64,000 bases of DNA, taken from NCBI GenBank assembly GCA_965228855.1, contig CBDDIJ010000002.1, positions 448,001-512,000 of the forward strand. The letters run 5' to 3'. The notes beneath the pieces are model-generated. The model did not search any database, was not told the origin of the DNA, and saw only the letters and a list, made by a program, of their open reading frames with translations. This DNA is from Candidatus Obscuribacterales bacterium (GTDB taxonomy: Bacteria > Cyanobacteriota > Vampirovibrionia > Obscuribacterales > Obscuribacteraceae). The position numbers and the translations under genes were made by a program. Positions 52,953 through 62,999 of the stretch are shown piece after piece. Within the stretch, counting starts at the first letter, position 1. The number at the start of each line of letters is the position of its first letter.

Positions 52953-54800
52953 TCACGCCAGGTAACGCTCCCTGACCTCGCCGTCCTCGTCACAGAAGTA
53001 CTCGTACGGGCGGGGCGAACCGATGGGACGACCCCAACGATCCTGCGCCTGTTCGACGGTGATGAGACGGACCGGGCGACCCCAGAGACGACGCGCGTAA
53101 CGCACCGTATCCTTACACTCCGACTGCTTGAGGAAGCCGAAGGTGGGATCGAACACGTGACGAAGCGTCAGCGAGCCGGTCAGGTCCTGCGAGAGCGGAC
53201 CGCCGTCAACCACCTCGATGTCCGGGATGGAGTGACGACCGGTGCGCAGAATCAGCATCGAGCGGAACTTGGCCTTGTCCTGGTCGTAGGCGGCCACGAT
53301 CTGGAGGATCGTGCCCATCACCTGCAGGGTCTGCGGCGGAACCGGGAACGCGGGCCAGCCCTGCTGCTGCAGCTGCTGACCCATCTGGGCGAAGTTGCTC
53401 CAGGTCTCGACGATCTCGTTGAACACCTCGAGCGAAGCGTTCGTGAGCTTCTGTTCCATCGGGTGGAACGAGACGGCGGGCGGGAAGCCGGACGCACGCA
53501 GCTGACGGCTGATGACGCCGCAGACGCGATGCATCCACTCGAGCGCCTTGCCGTTGATGTGCTGCACGTGCTTCTCGGTCAGGTACTCACGGAAGAACGA
53601 CTTGTCCTCGTGGTGCTGACGCACCTGGAACATCTTGTCGCGATTCCGGTTGACCGTCATGACCTTGTGGGTCTCGCCGGTGTACTCGATGACCTTGCCG
53701 TCCACCGTGCGGTACTGGAAGTCCGACTCTTCGTCGTTGTCGGCAGGGGTCGCTTCGCGAGTCGTGAAACTCGGAGCGTCCACCTCGACTTCGCCGTCGT
53801 CGAACCCGTGTTCCCGATCGATGTACTCGAAGCAGGACAGGCCCAGCGCGTACGGGTCGAAGTACCAGGCGGTGGCCTGGCGGTCGTGCATCGACCAGTA
53901 CTGCGGCATCTCCATCGCCCAGTTCGCGGGCATGGACACTTCCGGCTGGAGAAGCAGATTCTTCTCCCAGTAGGACGCCCAGCCCTCGTTCATGAACTTG
54001 GTGCGCGCCTGCGGATGCAGGTACAGCGCCTGGTCGCGCACGATGGCGATCAGACCGCGCTCTTCGTCGCCGAGACGAGGGTTGTTGCGCTCGTCCATGA
54101 TGAACGAGAGCACGTCGGACACCGGGTTGATCGGGTCACGCTTGAGGCGCGCCGCGATCTCGTCGATGCGCTCCTGGATGCCGCGCGACTCGAACTCGCT
54201 CGACTCCGCCTGCTTCAGCCGCTGACGCAGCTCGACAAGCTGATGCTCGAGTTCCTTGCGCACCAGCTTGTCGCTGACGCGGTCCTTGATGGCGGGCACC
54301 CAGCCGACGTGATCGTCCAGAGCATGGGCGGCGTCGAGGATCCATTCGACCTTCTCGACACCATATGCGGGGTCACGCGTCAGTCGCTTCACGAACTCAC
54401 CGTTCTGAGCCAGCCGCTCGATGATCGAGTCTGCGCCGGAGTCTCCGAAGGTTTCGTTGTTGGCGAAGAAGTCGACGTGACCCCACTTCGCGTGCGCCAT
54501 CACCAGAAGCTGCATGGGCAGCCGGTTCGTGACGCCGAGGTAGCAGAAGCTCGGCGAAGAGTTGATCACAGCTTCGAAGATGTGGAAGTTTCCACCATCC
54601 TTCATCTGCTGCTCGTACTTCTTGCCGAAGCTCCAGTGACGGTAGTGAGCGGGCAACATCACGTAGGGGATGAGCCGGACCATCTGGTCGTCGCCGACCA
54701 GTTCGTAGCGGGTTTCGTAGGGCTTGAGGCCCACACGAACGCCCGCCCTGGTCAGGCGCTCGTCCCACATTCGAATGTGCTTAATGAGCTTATCGTACAT
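52953..54800 (-). CDS. spoVR: SpoVR/YcgB-family protein
   Basis: YRHWSFGKKY, E.VINSSP, AHA.WGHVDFF.NN, TKFMNEGWASYW, PY.LG. Confidence 0.93.
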   Translation of the reverse strand: MYDKLIKHIRMWDERLTRAGVRVGLKPYETRYELVGDDQMVRLIPYVMLPAHYRHWSFGKKYEQQMKDGGNFHIFEAVINSSPSFCYLGVTNRLPMQLLVMAHAKWGHVDFFANNETFGDSGADSIIERLAQNGEFVKRLTRDPAYGVEKVEWILDAAHALDDHVGWVPAIKDRVSDKLVRKELEHQLVELRQRLKQAESSEFESRGIQERIDEIAARLKRDPINPVSDVLSFIMDERNNPRLGDEERGLIAIVRDQALYLHPQARTKFMNEGWASYWEKNLLLQPEVSMPANWAMEMPQYWSMHDRQATAWYFDPYALGLSCFEYIDREHGFDDGEVEVDAPSFTTREATPADNDEESDFQYRTVDGKVIEYTGETHKVMTVNRNRDKMFQVRQHHEDKSFFREYLTEKHVQHINGKALEWMHRVCGVISRQLRASGFPPAVSFHPMEQKLTNASLEVFNEIVETWSNFAQMGQQLQQQGWPAFPVPPQTLQVMGTILQIVAAYDQDKAKFRSMLILRTGRHSIPDIEVVDGGPLSQDLTGSLTLRHVFDPTFGFLKQSECKDTVRYARRLWGRPVRLITVEQAQDRWGRPIGSPRPYEYFCDEDGEVRERYLA

Positions 54801-54813
54801 GGCTAGGACCTCC

Positions 54814-56085
54814 TTACTTTTTCTTGTCCTTGTCGAGGATCTGCTTGAACGCGTCCGGCACCTGCTTCAGGTTTTCCACCCGAGCCATGCCAACGTGTTT
54901 CTTCACATCCTCAGGCAAAGACTTGAGAGCCAGGCCACCAGACTGCCAGCCGCTTCCACCCCAGCCCATGCCACCACATTCGAGGTAGCCGAGATAGTTG
55001 AAATCGGTCTTGACGAGCTTGGTGTACCAGCCGCGGATGACATCATCGCCGTCGAAGAGCACGCCGTCCGTCGCCTGGAACATGTAGCGGTTCCAGGTTG
55101 CGGCGGGAAACTCCGCTTGAGCGATATCGTAAACCATCTGATAGGCCGGCTCGGCGACAGTGCCACCACCAGCCTCGATCTGGAACCACTTGGTCTCGTC
55201 TTCGATGCGGAAGGCGTGAGCGTCGTGGGCGATCATCACAACCTTGACGTCCTTGTACTTGTTGCGCAGGAACATCAGGTTGAGGACGAAGAACGCCTTG
55301 GCGATCATGAGCGGGTCACCGCCCATGGAGCCGGAGCGATCGAGCACGAAGAAGATGACCGCCTTCGACTCGTCGTCGAGGGTCTCTTCCACCCGGTTGT
55401 AGCGGAAGTCCTTCTTGTGGAAGGGAACATCCTGCACGCTCGGGATCTTCTTCTTCTTCTCGTCTTCGAGAAGTGCCGCGAACTTCGGGTCGTCGGGGTT
55501 CGCATTGCGCATACCGATGGAACGGCGAACGCGAGCGCGCGCCGTATCACCCTTGCGCAGACGCGGCTTCGGCCCAGTGGGCTGGACGCCGCGGTACTTG
55601 TGAGCTTTGACCTTCGTGGTGGCGAGCTGCTTCTTCAGAAGCTCGGGCAGCTCCATGTCCTCGAAGAGCATCTGGAGGAGCTCATCGAGGTCGATTTCCA
55701 CGAAAATTTCGTCAGCCGGGTCGGAGCCGGCGTCTTGGCCGCCTCCACCACCGCCGCCCTGCTGGTCGCGTCCATAGCGCCAGCGAGGCTCGTAACCGCC
55801 GGAAACGGGCACTTTGATCTTGCCCTTGTCCCCGAAGATCGGGTTGCCGCCGATGAGTTCGGGCAGCTTGGGCTTGATCTGATCCTTGATACGATCTTTG
55901 TGCCGCTTGCGGTCTTCTTCAGTGCGGTCACCACCGTTCGGGTCGGGCGGGCTGACGACAGCGTCGGCAACGACGGCCCGGGTCATGAGCGTCAGAGGAA
56001 ACGGACGCGAACCCGAGTCGTAAACCGTGACGGAGCTCAGGTTACCCTGAACGTCCGCCTTGTCGTGAGTCTTGTCGTTAGACAT
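54814..56085 (-). CDS. yeaH: YeaH/YhbH (DUF444) vWA-like protein
   Basis: D.KRH, Gly-rich stretch, LFEDMELP.L, DFRY, DRSGSM, GGT, QATDG. Confidence 0.9.
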   Translation of the reverse strand: MSNDKTHDKADVQGNLSSVTVYDSGSRPFPLTLMTRAVVADAVVSPPDPNGGDRTEEDRKRHKDRIKDQIKPKLPELIGGNPIFGDKGKIKVPVSGGYEPRWRYGRDQQGGGGGGGQDAGSDPADEIFVEIDLDELLQMLFEDMELPELLKKQLATTKVKAHKYRGVQPTGPKPRLRKGDTARARVRRSIGMRNANPDDPKFAALLEDEKKKKIPSVQDVPFHKKDFRYNRVEETLDDESKAVIFFVLDRSGSMGGDPLMIAKAFFVLNLMFLRNKYKDVKVVMIAHDAHAFRIEDETKWFQIEAGGGTVAEPAYQMVYDIAQAEFPAATWNRYMFQATDGVLFDGDDVIRGWYTKLVKTDFNYLGYLECGGMGWGGSGWQSGGLALKSLPEDVKKHVGMARVENLKQVPDAFKQILDKDKKK

Positions 56086-56409
56086 GCGGAATACCTCCTG
56101 CTTCGGTTTAGATGAGAAGCCGGGTAAGTTTGAACCGCCCAGAAAGAGCGGCCGGCATTCAAAAAAAAGAGTTGGTGTTTCTGCCGAAAGCCGCTTTTGA
56201 AGCGGATGTTGTCGTATGAACGACGGAGCGGATGGCAGAGAACACCACTCCCTGAAAAATGTCGAGCCGCTCAACCGAAGCGACCGAAACTCCCGTCAGA
56301 AAATGCAACCAGGCAAGCGAAGGAAGCGAGCGCTCCTATAAAGGAACGCCCGCCTCCTTGCCATTCGCAACATCAAGGAATCTTGCGATTCCTATCTATT
56401 GCTAGCCGA

Positions 56410-58629
56410 TTACACCTCCTTCAGGAAGTCCCGGGTCTCTTCGGCTTCCTTCAGGACCTCGTCAGCGGTGTACTCATCGAAGCCGTGCTCCGAGATGAGA
56501 CGCTGCTTGACGGTGGCGAGCTTGCGACGCTCCTCGTCCGTACCGGCGTTCGCCGAGTTGAGGACGCGGGCGGTGTCCTTCACCTTCGCGCAGACGAAGC
56601 GCTCGATGGCGCGCTGCAGCGGCTCGTAGCAGGTGTAGGGCACGTCGACGGTCTGGTTGTCCGTCATGAACGCGGCGACGACCGAGGCGACCTCGGCGCG
56701 GAACGACTTGGACTGAGCCGACGTGATGTTCAGCTCGGGGTCCGCCTCGATCTTGCGCATGAAGTCCTCGTCCGGACCGCTGCGGAAGGACGAGCCCGAC
56801 GAAGCACGGACAGTCGTGTTGCGGTTGTACGCCTGCACGTTGTCGAAGTACTTGCGGAACACGTCCTGGACCTCGCTCTTGAAGCCCTCGACCATGGCGG
56901 CGAGAACGATGCGAGCGAGGCGCTTGCGGCGCCATTCGTCGAGCTGACGCGAGATGAACTCGCGGTACTGCTTCTGGACCTTCTCGTCCTGGATGTGGCG
57001 GATCGACTCGTAGAGCCGCTCGCGCACTTCACGCGACGTGATGGCGTGGTTCTTCACCACCGCCTCGGAGGCCAGACCGGTCAGCAGCTTGCTGATGAAA
57101 CGGGGCGAGACGCCGTCCATGCCTTCCCACGGGGTGGCTTCGCGCTTGAGCGCGAGGACGTCGATCTTGGTGCCCATGCCGCGCAGACGCGACTCGTCGC
57201 CGTTGTAGGCGTCGAGCTTGATCATCAGGTCGGCAACCTGGGTGGAGGGCTCCAGGCGGGTGAGCACGGCGAAGCGCGCCAGGTACGGCACGATCGTCGG
57301 CTCGAGGTGGCAGCCACCCTCGGACTGGGGAATGGCGAAGTCGGTGCCGCCCCATTCCTTCTGGATGACGCGCTCCATCTCGGACGCCTCGAGCGGGTAC
57401 GGCCAGTTGATCTGGATGAAACGGTCCAGATACGGCTCGTTCTTCGGCTCGTTCTTGAACTCCCGGAACTCGGGGGCGTTCGAGTGGTAGATCAGGACGC
57501 CGTCCCAGTGCAGGTTGAGGCGCATCGGATCGGGAGCGGGGATGCTCTTGTCCTGCGTCGCTTCCAGCACGGAGCGGTGGGCTTCCTTCGGGTTCTTGAA
57601 GCCCTCGACGAACTCCAGCATGCCGCGGTTGGACAGGTTGTACGCACCGTTGAGCTCGACGGAGCGCGGGTCGGCGCGGTCGACGTTGCCGAGGACGGCA
57701 ATGTTCTCCTCACCGATCATGACGCGCATGTCGAAGTTGAGCGGCTGCACTTCCTTGACCGAGCAGATGCCGACGGCACCTTCCTGGTCGTCCGCGAAGT
57801 AGAACGACTCGACCGGGTAGTCCCACAGCGGGAACGTCTCCGACTTGTCGATGTACTTGCCGAGCACGCGGTCCTTCACGAACGGGTCGGGGTAGCCGAG
57901 GTTCGCGCGGGTGGCGCGGGGCAGACCCATGGCGTGCACGATGGCGGACACGAGCTGGTCGGCGTCGGTGATCTCGCAGAGACCGTCGAAACCGGGCTCG
58001 GCGCCGGCCTGGTTGAAGGCCTTCAGCGCGTCGCGGTTCTGGTAGTTGAGGGGCAGGTCCTGCAGGCCGAGGTTGGCGAGGATGAGCTTGCGCGCCTCGC
58101 GGGTCGACTTGGCCTCGCCGTCCAGCACCATCTTCTGCGCGACCTGGGGAATCAGGAAGAGCAGGTTGAGCGGGTTCACGCGCATCGGCGAGTGAGCCGC
58201 GTAGGGGATGGGCTCGGAGGTCTTCAGGATCTTCTTCAGCTTCTTGGCGAACTGGGACTTGCCGGAGCCCTTGGGCCCGATCAGCACCAGCACCTGCTTG
58301 TCCGCTTCACCACCGTGGATGGCGGCGCCGAAGCACTCGGCCACGACCTGGTGGATGTAGGGCTCGATGCCGTAGAACTCGTCGAACGCCTTGTAGGCGA
58401 CGATCGGCTTGCCGTAGATGCGCTCGAGCTTCTCGGAGCGGACGACGTTGACGCCCTGGCGGACGATCAGGCGGAACATGCGGCTCTTGGCGGACTCGAC
58501 GTACGCCGGGAACTCGATGGCCGTCGGGAGGAAGGTCTTCAAGGTACCCTTGAACGGCTCTTCCGGGAGGAAGAACTTCGCGCGCTCTTCCTCGGAAATC
58601 TGGAACTTCTTGTCATTGATGGTCGACAT
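56410..58629 (-). CDS. prkA: PrkA/YeaG-family AAA+ serine kinase-like protein
   Basis: EFYGIE, KQVL.L.GPKGSGKS, DPR..E.NG....NRGMLEFVE, DR.....PY.L. Confidence 0.92.
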   Translation of the reverse strand: MSTINDKKFQISEEERAKFFLPEEPFKGTLKTFLPTAIEFPAYVESAKSRMFRLIVRQGVNVVRSEKLERIYGKPIVAYKAFDEFYGIEPYIHQVVAECFGAAIHGGEADKQVLVLIGPKGSGKSQFAKKLKKILKTSEPIPYAAHSPMRVNPLNLLFLIPQVAQKMVLDGEAKSTREARKLILANLGLQDLPLNYQNRDALKAFNQAGAEPGFDGLCEITDADQLVSAIVHAMGLPRATRANLGYPDPFVKDRVLGKYIDKSETFPLWDYPVESFYFADDQEGAVGICSVKEVQPLNFDMRVMIGEENIAVLGNVDRADPRSVELNGAYNLSNRGMLEFVEGFKNPKEAHRSVLEATQDKSIPAPDPMRLNLHWDGVLIYHSNAPEFREFKNEPKNEPYLDRFIQINWPYPLEASEMERVIQKEWGGTDFAIPQSEGGCHLEPTIVPYLARFAVLTRLEPSTQVADLMIKLDAYNGDESRLRGMGTKIDVLALKREATPWEGMDGVSPRFISKLLTGLASEAVVKNHAITSREVRERLYESIRHIQDEKVQKQYREFISRQLDEWRRKRLARIVLAAMVEGFKSEVQDVFRKYFDNVQAYNRNTTVRASSGSSFRSGPDEDFMRKIEADPELNITSAQSKSFRAEVASVVAAFMTDNQTVDVPYTCYEPLQRAIERFVCAKVKDTARVLNSANAGTDEERRKLATVKQRLISEHGFDEYTADEVLKEAEETRDFLKEV

Positions 58630-58689
58630 GGTTTTCACCCTTTCAGAGTTAGTGTGAGACGACGTAAGGAACCGGTTGGATCGGCACCG

Positions 58690-60903
58690 TTACTTCCAAA
58701 GCTCGAACTCTTTGAAGTACGCGAGTGCAACCTTGCGGCTGGCCTCGTTGTATCCGGAGCCCGAGCCCTCGAAGCGCTCAATGGACTCGGTACGGAGCTT
58801 GCGATCCTCTTCGCCGAGGTTGGTATCGTCGCCCAGGATCGTCTGAACCTTGAGCGCGATCTCGTCGTCGAGAATCTTCTTGATGGCCTTCTTCAGGTCC
58901 GGGTGCGTTTCCCAGGTGAAGATGCTCTTGTCGAGCCGTTCCTCACCGTCGGTGGACGCAGCAGCCTCGCGCATGAGCTCGATGAACTCAGACTCGAGAG
59001 AGCGCCGGAAGTTGGCGGCATCGTCGCCGGACTTGCCCATCGCCGCTTCGATCTTCATCAGATGAGCGGTGTCGATGGACAGCATGCGATTGTGCCGTTC
59101 GTCGAAGACCTTGTCCTTGCCCTTGCCCCATTCCACCGCGTGCTTGTGGTACTTGCGGAACATGTCCTCGGCACGGGTGTCATAGTCGGGCGAGAACGCT
59201 GCCAGGACCTGCGCCTTCAGCAGACGACGATATTCGGCTTCGATCAGTTCGACCGTGCCGTACTTCGACATCAGCATGGTGAGGTGCTTCTTGGAGCGCT
59301 CGAAAATCTTCTTGGTCGCGTCCGTGAGCCCGGGGCGGGTGAGCTCACGCTCGACGCGCGCCTTCAAGTAGTTCACAGCGGCGAGCGCAGTGACCGACTT
59401 GTGCTTGGACTGCAGACCGAGCTCGCAGAGCTGCGAGACCGAAGAGAGCATGAAGCCGAAGTCGATACCGGTCCGTCCCTCCTCTTCGCCGGCGGCGATC
59501 CAGAGATCGGAAACCGAGTAGTTCTTGCTCTGAGCTTCGTTCTGCTTCGCCGCGTTGCCGAGGCTGGCAGCACCGCCCAACCAGGGGTTGGGTCGCTCAT
59601 TGATCGAGCTGGACTTCTTCTCCAGGATCAGCGGTTCGCCGTTGTACATGCGAATGCGCTGCGCGAGCGTGGGACCTTCGGTCTCATCCTTCATACGGCT
59701 CGCAACGGCCGCGGTAGCCAGAACCTGCAGCACGAGCGGATCGAGGTGCGGCACCTCCTTGAGCTGCTTGATGAAGGCAGCGTAGGCGGCGACCTCTTCA
59801 CAGACCACGGTGTTGTAGTCCATGACGAAGACCTGGCCGCGGCGGTGCCACTTGCCCGGGTCTTCCTGATCCTTTACAAAGCGCAGCCAGGCGCCTTCGT
59901 TGGTCTCGACGACCTGCATCTGGTCGAGGGGGATGAAACCCGCACTCGAGCCGCAGCTGACCGCCGAAGCCGGCATGCGCCGACCTTCGGTCGCTTCCAG
60001 AAGAACCTGGAGCTGGCTGACGGAACCCGCCTCGGCGCCCTTGGCGTCGAAGGCTTCCTGCATGCGGACGACGCCACGGTTGCCCTGGCGAATCGCGACC
60101 GGCAGGCTGCAGCCCTGATCCGGAGCACTGGGAGTCCACACGGAGATGCCCGCGTTGCGCGAGGACAGGCGCAGAGCTTCGACCTTGAAGGACGAGAGGT
60201 TCGGCGCGGTCTCCGCGTGGGCATGGGTGTCTTCGCCTTCGCCGCAACCGGTGTTGCAGGCGCCGGCAGACGGCTTCTTGTCGATGCCCATCACGGTGCG
60301 GAAGCAGTGAGCACACGGCTCCTGCGCCACCTTCAGAAGGTCATCGAGCTTGTCACACTTGATCTTGCCGTCATCGCCGCGCTCGATCATGCCGAGCTGT
60401 TCGGAGATGGCGACGCGCTCCTCGGGGGAGAGGAGCTTGAGGAGATTCATCGGGCTTTCGTGCTCGGGGCAGCCGGCGACCGCGTAGACGATCTGTCCTT
60501 CCAGGGCGCGAACCATGTGGTCCACGAGGAAAGACTTACCGCTACCGGGGCCACCGCACAGCACGAGCATCTGACGAAGCTGATACCCGTTCTGGGCAGC
60601 AGATTCGTAGAATTTCATCAGGCGCGCAACAACACGTTGGCTGCCGCGCACACCGGCGAATGCCTTATAGGACGGAATCTTCATCGCGCGAAGCATCCGG
60701 AGGTAGGGCTGGCGTTCCGGATGGGCTTCGTCGATGTTCTCCTCACCGAGCGATTTCACTGCGCGAACGAACAACGCTGCAGCGGTGTCCGCGCGTTCGG
60801 GATGTTCCTTGAGCGAACCCAGGAACTCCGGAAAACTCATGGTCTCAGCGACGAGCGGCTTCAGCCCAAGCAGCTCGGTGAGACCATCGGTGGTTTTCGA
60901 CAT
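58690..60903 (-). CDS. second, divergent PrkA/YeaG-family protein
   Basis: GGAGG RBS; RQML.L.GGPGSGKS, GCP.HESP..L, GNRG. Confidence 0.85.
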   Translation of the reverse strand: MSKTTDGLTELLGLKPLVAETMSFPEFLGSLKEHPERADTAAALFVRAVKSLGEENIDEAHPERQPYLRMLRAMKIPSYKAFAGVRGSQRVVARLMKFYESAAQNGYQLRQMLVLCGGPGSGKSFLVDHMVRALEGQIVYAVAGCPEHESPMNLLKLLSPEERVAISEQLGMIERGDDGKIKCDKLDDLLKVAQEPCAHCFRTVMGIDKKPSAGACNTGCGEGEDTHAHAETAPNLSSFKVEALRLSSRNAGISVWTPSAPDQGCSLPVAIRQGNRGVVRMQEAFDAKGAEAGSVSQLQVLLEATEGRRMPASAVSCGSSAGFIPLDQMQVVETNEGAWLRFVKDQEDPGKWHRRGQVFVMDYNTVVCEEVAAYAAFIKQLKEVPHLDPLVLQVLATAAVASRMKDETEGPTLAQRIRMYNGEPLILEKKSSSINERPNPWLGGAASLGNAAKQNEAQSKNYSVSDLWIAAGEEEGRTGIDFGFMLSSVSQLCELGLQSKHKSVTALAAVNYLKARVERELTRPGLTDATKKIFERSKKHLTMLMSKYGTVELIEAEYRRLLKAQVLAAFSPDYDTRAEDMFRKYHKHAVEWGKGKDKVFDERHNRMLSIDTAHLMKIEAAMGKSGDDAANFRRSLESEFIELMREAAASTDGEERLDKSIFTWETHPDLKKAIKKILDDEIALKVQTILGDDTNLGEEDRKLRTESIERFEGSGSGYNEASRKVALAYFKEFELWK

Positions 60904-61758
60904 ATTTGTCCTCCAATCGTTAGGAGTCTGTTGGCAGAGCCATGAATGAATGTCGGTCGGCAGATGGAGACCCGCGTTTGGCATTCGAATGTCACCAGCT
61001 GGTTTGACACTCGTGCCGATGGCGAGCCGCTCCCTTATCAAGGAAGTTGCTGCCAAACGCGTTTCACACACCTGCATCTGACAAGGAAAACTAACCGCAC
61101 TAACGACGCTGAAGCATCCACCGATTCACGTGACCCGGCTCAGCATGCGTAGCGCAGCTGGTGGTTCAATTTTGTGCTTCGAGGCGTCGATAGAGTTGCG
61201 GGCTTGGGTTTCGGGTTCCGTGAATTGGAGTCGGTAGATATCTGCCAAACTACCAGACACAGACACATATTCAAAACCTGTAAACGCCCGTCTATTGACA
61301 ACCCCGGGAGATTCTAAAGGAAAGGCTAATTGGGTGTTGCCAAGCAGCAAATCCCCCGAAACCTTTGTGCCCCAAACGATACACCAGCTGGCAAAATCCC
61401 CGGTTGCCAAGAGGGGCTCAATATCATCAACTCGCCCCCTATTTTTGGGGTATATATCCAGCATGCCACCATGACCAGCTTTACCTTTACAGCCAGGTTG
61501 TCATGCGGTTGAGAATCCTTAAGGAAACCTGAAACCCATAGCGAGGCTCTGAGAGCCTTACCAAACGGGCGTTTCCAGCCTAATTGTCATGAGGTCGCAC
61601 CCACCTGGACATAACACCTCTTTACGACCCATCGGAACCGATACCGATCAAATCCGACACAAACGACATCCTCTTTACATATTCGCAGCAAACAAGATCA
61701 CTACCGGGGTCGCGATCTTCCAGATTCTAAAAGCGCCAGGAGCTGCGCCCGTTTAGGC

Positions 61759-62890
61759 TCACGTCACCGATGATGCCGCCGCTTTCTGGCGTAAAAATGC
61801 ATCTATAAAAGGATCAATGTCGCCATTCAAGACAGACTCGACATGCGGTGTTTCATGCTTAGTTCGGACGTCCTTCACCATTCGGTCATCCAAAACGTAC
61901 GATCGAATAGCATTGCCAAAACTAGCTTGCACGGTTTCCCCGCGGAGCCGCGCTAATTCTTCCTCTCTCTCGGCCTGCTTTTTCGCCAGGAGCTTCGATC
62001 TCAGGATTTCCATTGCCAGCGCTCTGTTCTGCAGCTGGCTGCGCTCCTGCTGGCATTTGACGGCGATTCCGGTGGGTATGTGAACTATGCGAACAGCCGA
62101 TTCGACCTTGTTGACGTTTTGACCACCCGCGCCACCTGAGCGCATTGTGTCCACCTCTATGTCATCATCACTTATTTCAATCAACGACTCACTGTCACTC
62201 ATCATAGGAGTGACATCCACAGCCGCAAAGCTTGTCTGTCTAGAATCGTTGCCCTGCTTGAATGGTGATTTGCGAACCAGCCGGTGAACACCCTTTTCGC
62301 ACGACAGATATCCGTAGGCGAAAGGTCCTTCTACCTTTATAGTGGCACTTTTCAAACCGGCTTCCTCTCCGGGAGACGAGTCCAGAAGCTCGGTCTTGAA
62401 ACCACGCACTTCGCACCACCTTGTGTACATGCGCAGCAGCATCTCTGCCCAATCCTGAGCATCAGTACCTCCGGCACCCGCGTTAATAGTTACAAGAGCA
62501 GCAGAATCATCGTATTCGCCCGAGAGCAAGTTCTCAAGCTCGTATCGCTCAAGCTCCTTATTCATCTCTTTGACGCCGACTGACACTTCGGTTGTCACTT
62601 CTTTGATCAGCACTTCGTCTTGCTCAGCTTGGCCAATCTCTACGAGATCAAAAAGGTCTCTGAGACGTGCATGCCAACCTTCATATTTCTCAATCGTGCC
62701 CTTAACACGACTTAGCTTTTGCGTTACATCTTTGGCACGCTTCTGGTCCTGCCAGAACTCCGGGTCCAGAGTCTGGTTTTCGAGGCTCTCTTGCTCTTTC
62801 TTCAGCGCAACTACGTCAAAGATATTGGCTGACTTTCGTCAACCGTTCCTCGATCTCTTCAAGATCTCGTTTAAGTTCCGACAGATCCAC
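61759..62890 (-). CDS. prfB: peptide chain release factor 2 with programmed +1 frameshift
   Basis: GGAGG then GTG at 62890, 24 codons to CTT-TGA-C (62821-62815); the +1 frame continues through [29 protein letters not shown]. Confidence 0.97.
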
Positions 62891-62999
62891 GACAAGGCCT
62901 CCAATCAATCGAATCCGGCACAGAGAGCCGGCGAGCTCCAACTTAGTCTAACAATCATTCATACGAGCGCATCACGAAAAAAAATGCGAGCGTCCGGAG

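Noticed and set aside
56197..60945. 1582-aa plus-strand ORF (likewise 36134..38227, 38215..39915, 40202..42370, 43580..45289, 52722..54806)
   Set aside because: Antisense to well-supported PrkA, S41, DUF58, vWA and SpoVR genes; shadow-frame composition
61759..62890. prfB as a pseudogene
   Set aside because: The in-frame TGA is the canonical CTT-TGA-C programmed frameshift
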